Below are positions 61,757 through 64,000 of a stretch of 64,000 bases of DNA, in pieces. This DNA is from Laetmonice hystrix (lineage: Eukaryota). Location: NCBI GenBank assembly GCA_965235115.1, contig OZ249440.1:35838001-35902000 (forward strand), written 5' to 3'. Numbering within the stretch: the stretch's first letter is position 1; each line of letters starts with the position of its first letter. The notes beneath the pieces are model-generated. The model was not told the origin of the DNA and did no database searches. It saw only the letters and a program-made list of their open reading frames with translations. A program made the position numbers and the translations under genes.

Positions 61757-62330
61757 GTAGCTTTTCCAGTATGGTGCGTCGGGTTTGAGCGCTTCCTAAC
61801 TCCTGTAAATATCCCATGGCATTCAACGTTTCCTTACAGCAGCGTAGGCTATCTGCGTACTCCTGCACTCCACTGTTTCCCTTCAGTGGTGGATGGCCCA
61901 CGATTTTGTCAATCCATGCTTGTGCTATTTGGTTCCCATTCCCGAACCGTTCCTTCAACAGTCGTCAGGCCAGTAGGTATTCCTCAGCTGGCCCCTGCAC
62001 CTCACAGCACTCTAGTAGTTTTCGAGCTTTACCTGTGCAGTATTGGAGTAACGTGTTTAGCTTCGTTGCATCAGTTACTGTTCCTTTCTCTGTCTAGTAA
62101 AAGACCAATAGTGGAGAGGATTCCCATCAAACATTGCAAGATCACCTCTCGGCAGCTGCAAACTCTCCACCAGAGACTGATGCTGACGTTGTGTCGCATT
62201 TAGCACCTCACAGAGTAGCTGGGGAACTTCCGCTGACTGTTGCGTTATGGCTGACGGTTCCCATGACTGATGCGATGTAACGTGTTCTGACGTGATGCTT
62301 CCGGACTTGAGTATAGACATAGATGTGGGC
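61757..62330 (-). pseudogene. gag: BEL/Pao gag, 5' part
   Basis: FDGNPLHYWSF, KERFGN, MGYLQEL...ILEKL joins PPRLRTR across the Gypsy insertion. Confidence 0.8.
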
Positions 62331-62334
62331 TTGT

Positions 62335-62502
62335 TGGTAGCCCGGTTGGGCTGACAGGATGAAGTGTGTTGCAATGATATTCCGGTATTGGGGCCCTGGA
62401 CAAAATAGGTCCTTTTGATTTTATGGTCTTTTTACTCTGTTTTCGCCTTCAAGATGGCCCCGGATGCCGACACAGCGTAAAACCACCACTACTCACTCAC
62501 TG
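62335..62502 (+). mobile_element. I-group LINE 3'UTR fragment (variant)
   Basis: Shared 3' sequence and (ACTC)n tail. Confidence 0.75.
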
Positions 62503-63579
62503 AGTCACTCCGGCCCAAAAAATAGGTAAGACTGCTGAATTTCACCCACAGCCATCCTGTAAAGCTCCTTGCTCGGCCCGCTCTCAGGAACAACTTTCTT
62601 TTTGCCATGAAACAGATCACCCAAGACATTTTGCCTGTCTACGTTCACTGGAGTCCCCGGAGCTGCCTGCTCTGTTAGTGAATGCAGGTGATGAAGGATG
62701 TCTCTTAGATTTGGGTTCTGGAAAGAAATTAAATTTCATAATTGAACTTTCCAAAGATTTTCTGTGTTTAGGGAATGTACACACACTGGACAAAAGTATT
62801 GCAAGGTGGGTAGAATAGAATGGCATGACATGTTCCACTTCATACGAGATATTAGGCGACTCCAAGGAAGTAAAGTGTGGTCTGCCACGACCACTTTCGG
62901 AAGGCTGACAACCAGAGGGCCGAAACTTACCATGGTAAGTTACATGATCTAGGCCTATCAACCCGACACAAATCACTTTGCAACTTGTATAAAAACAGAC
63001 ATCAGACTGTTATGTTCGCTGTATAGTTAGGAAACCTAATATTAATAATGCACTGATTATGTAAGCTTTTCCTAATATTAATAATGCACTGATTATGTAA
63101 GCTACTTAGGCGTAACTACTTACGAAGCCAGCTCCGCCTCAAGCAAACCACCTATGAGTGTTGAAAACCAGAGGCTGTTGAAGACACACAGCATAGTCAG
63201 GTCAATTTAGGACATGACCCCTGACAAATTGCAAGAAAACGTTTTAAGGTGGTTTTCTATAGAATAAGGTCTGGAGAAGAACATATCAAAAGTTTGCAAA
63301 AAATCGGACATGGGGAAAGCCTCGTTTTCGGCTCAAATCCAAAATGGCCGACATATATGAATTATAATAATTAAATGAACCTAAATTTGGAACAAATTAA
63401 CATAGAAACACATTACGGATGTCATATTTAACTAAAATTAGGATGCCCATTCATTTGTTGGTACTTTAAGTCGTCAGAGGTCAAGGTCATGGGTCAGTCA
63501 AGGTCAAATTTGATCAAAATATGCCATACGCCGACAAGACCTACCCTTCAAAAAATGACAAGAAACCCTTTTACAGTAC

Positions 63580-64000
63580 TTTTCGGATTCCTTATCCTGT
63601 CTGCAAGCACTTGCTAACTTGAACACAGATCACCCAGTGATCGTTCGAATCTTGTCCAAGTTGGCAATGCTTGCCAATGCAAACTTTGACATTCACTTTT
63701 GCTGGGTGCCTGGTCATGTTGGCATCCCCGGCAATGAGCAAGCAGACAGAACTGCCAAGAGGGCTCTTGAAACAGACGTCGAATTGTGTCCAATCCCAGC
63801 CTCTGACCTCAGACCTACCATCTGGGCATACATTAAGAACAAATGGCAGGCCGAATGGGATGAACAACCAAACAATAAGTTGTATCAGATCAGTCCCATG
63901 GTAAACCAAAGGTATCATCATGGCCTAACCCAACGTAGGCATGAAATTGTTTTTACTCGATGCAGAGTTGGTCATTCTAGATTAACCCATGTGTTTTTAT
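63580..64000 (+). mobile_element. I-group LINE RNase H fragment (runs off the window)
   Basis: Near-identical to about 47128-47548. Confidence 0.9.

Overview
Repeat-saturated animal (probably marine invertebrate) genomic DNA with no recognisable host gene. It is a nest of transposons and virus-derived fragments. Main finding: an apparently intact CR1/L2-group non-LTR retrotransposon (about 12.7-19.2 kb, minus strand). Its ORF1 (coiled coil plus LINE ORF1-type core) ends in a complete NADAR/YbiA N-glycosidase domain with the conserved acidic residues retained. A second, diverged and decayed ORF1-NADAR remnant, missed by the ORF track, lies at about 44.7-45.4 kb, which suggests a retroelement lineage carrying a putative ADP-ribosyl hydrolase. 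Also present: an endogenous virga-like (+)RNA virus fragment (SF1 helicase and RdRp) joined to an env-like segment; a protein-primed PolB (Polinton-like) remnant; a complete 12.9-kb Ty3/Gypsy element with an extra C2H2 zinc-finger ORF, nested in a BEL/Pao gag; two more Gypsy 5' halves; remnants of MULE, hAT, pogo, Academ-like and other DNA transposons; MITEs; and about 14 fragments of an RNase H-bearing I-group LINE. Almost all coding remnants lie on the minus strand while every I-LINE copy lies on the plus strand, a polarity reminiscent of a uni-strand piRNA cluster. Family assignments come from motif recognition only; no searches were run.
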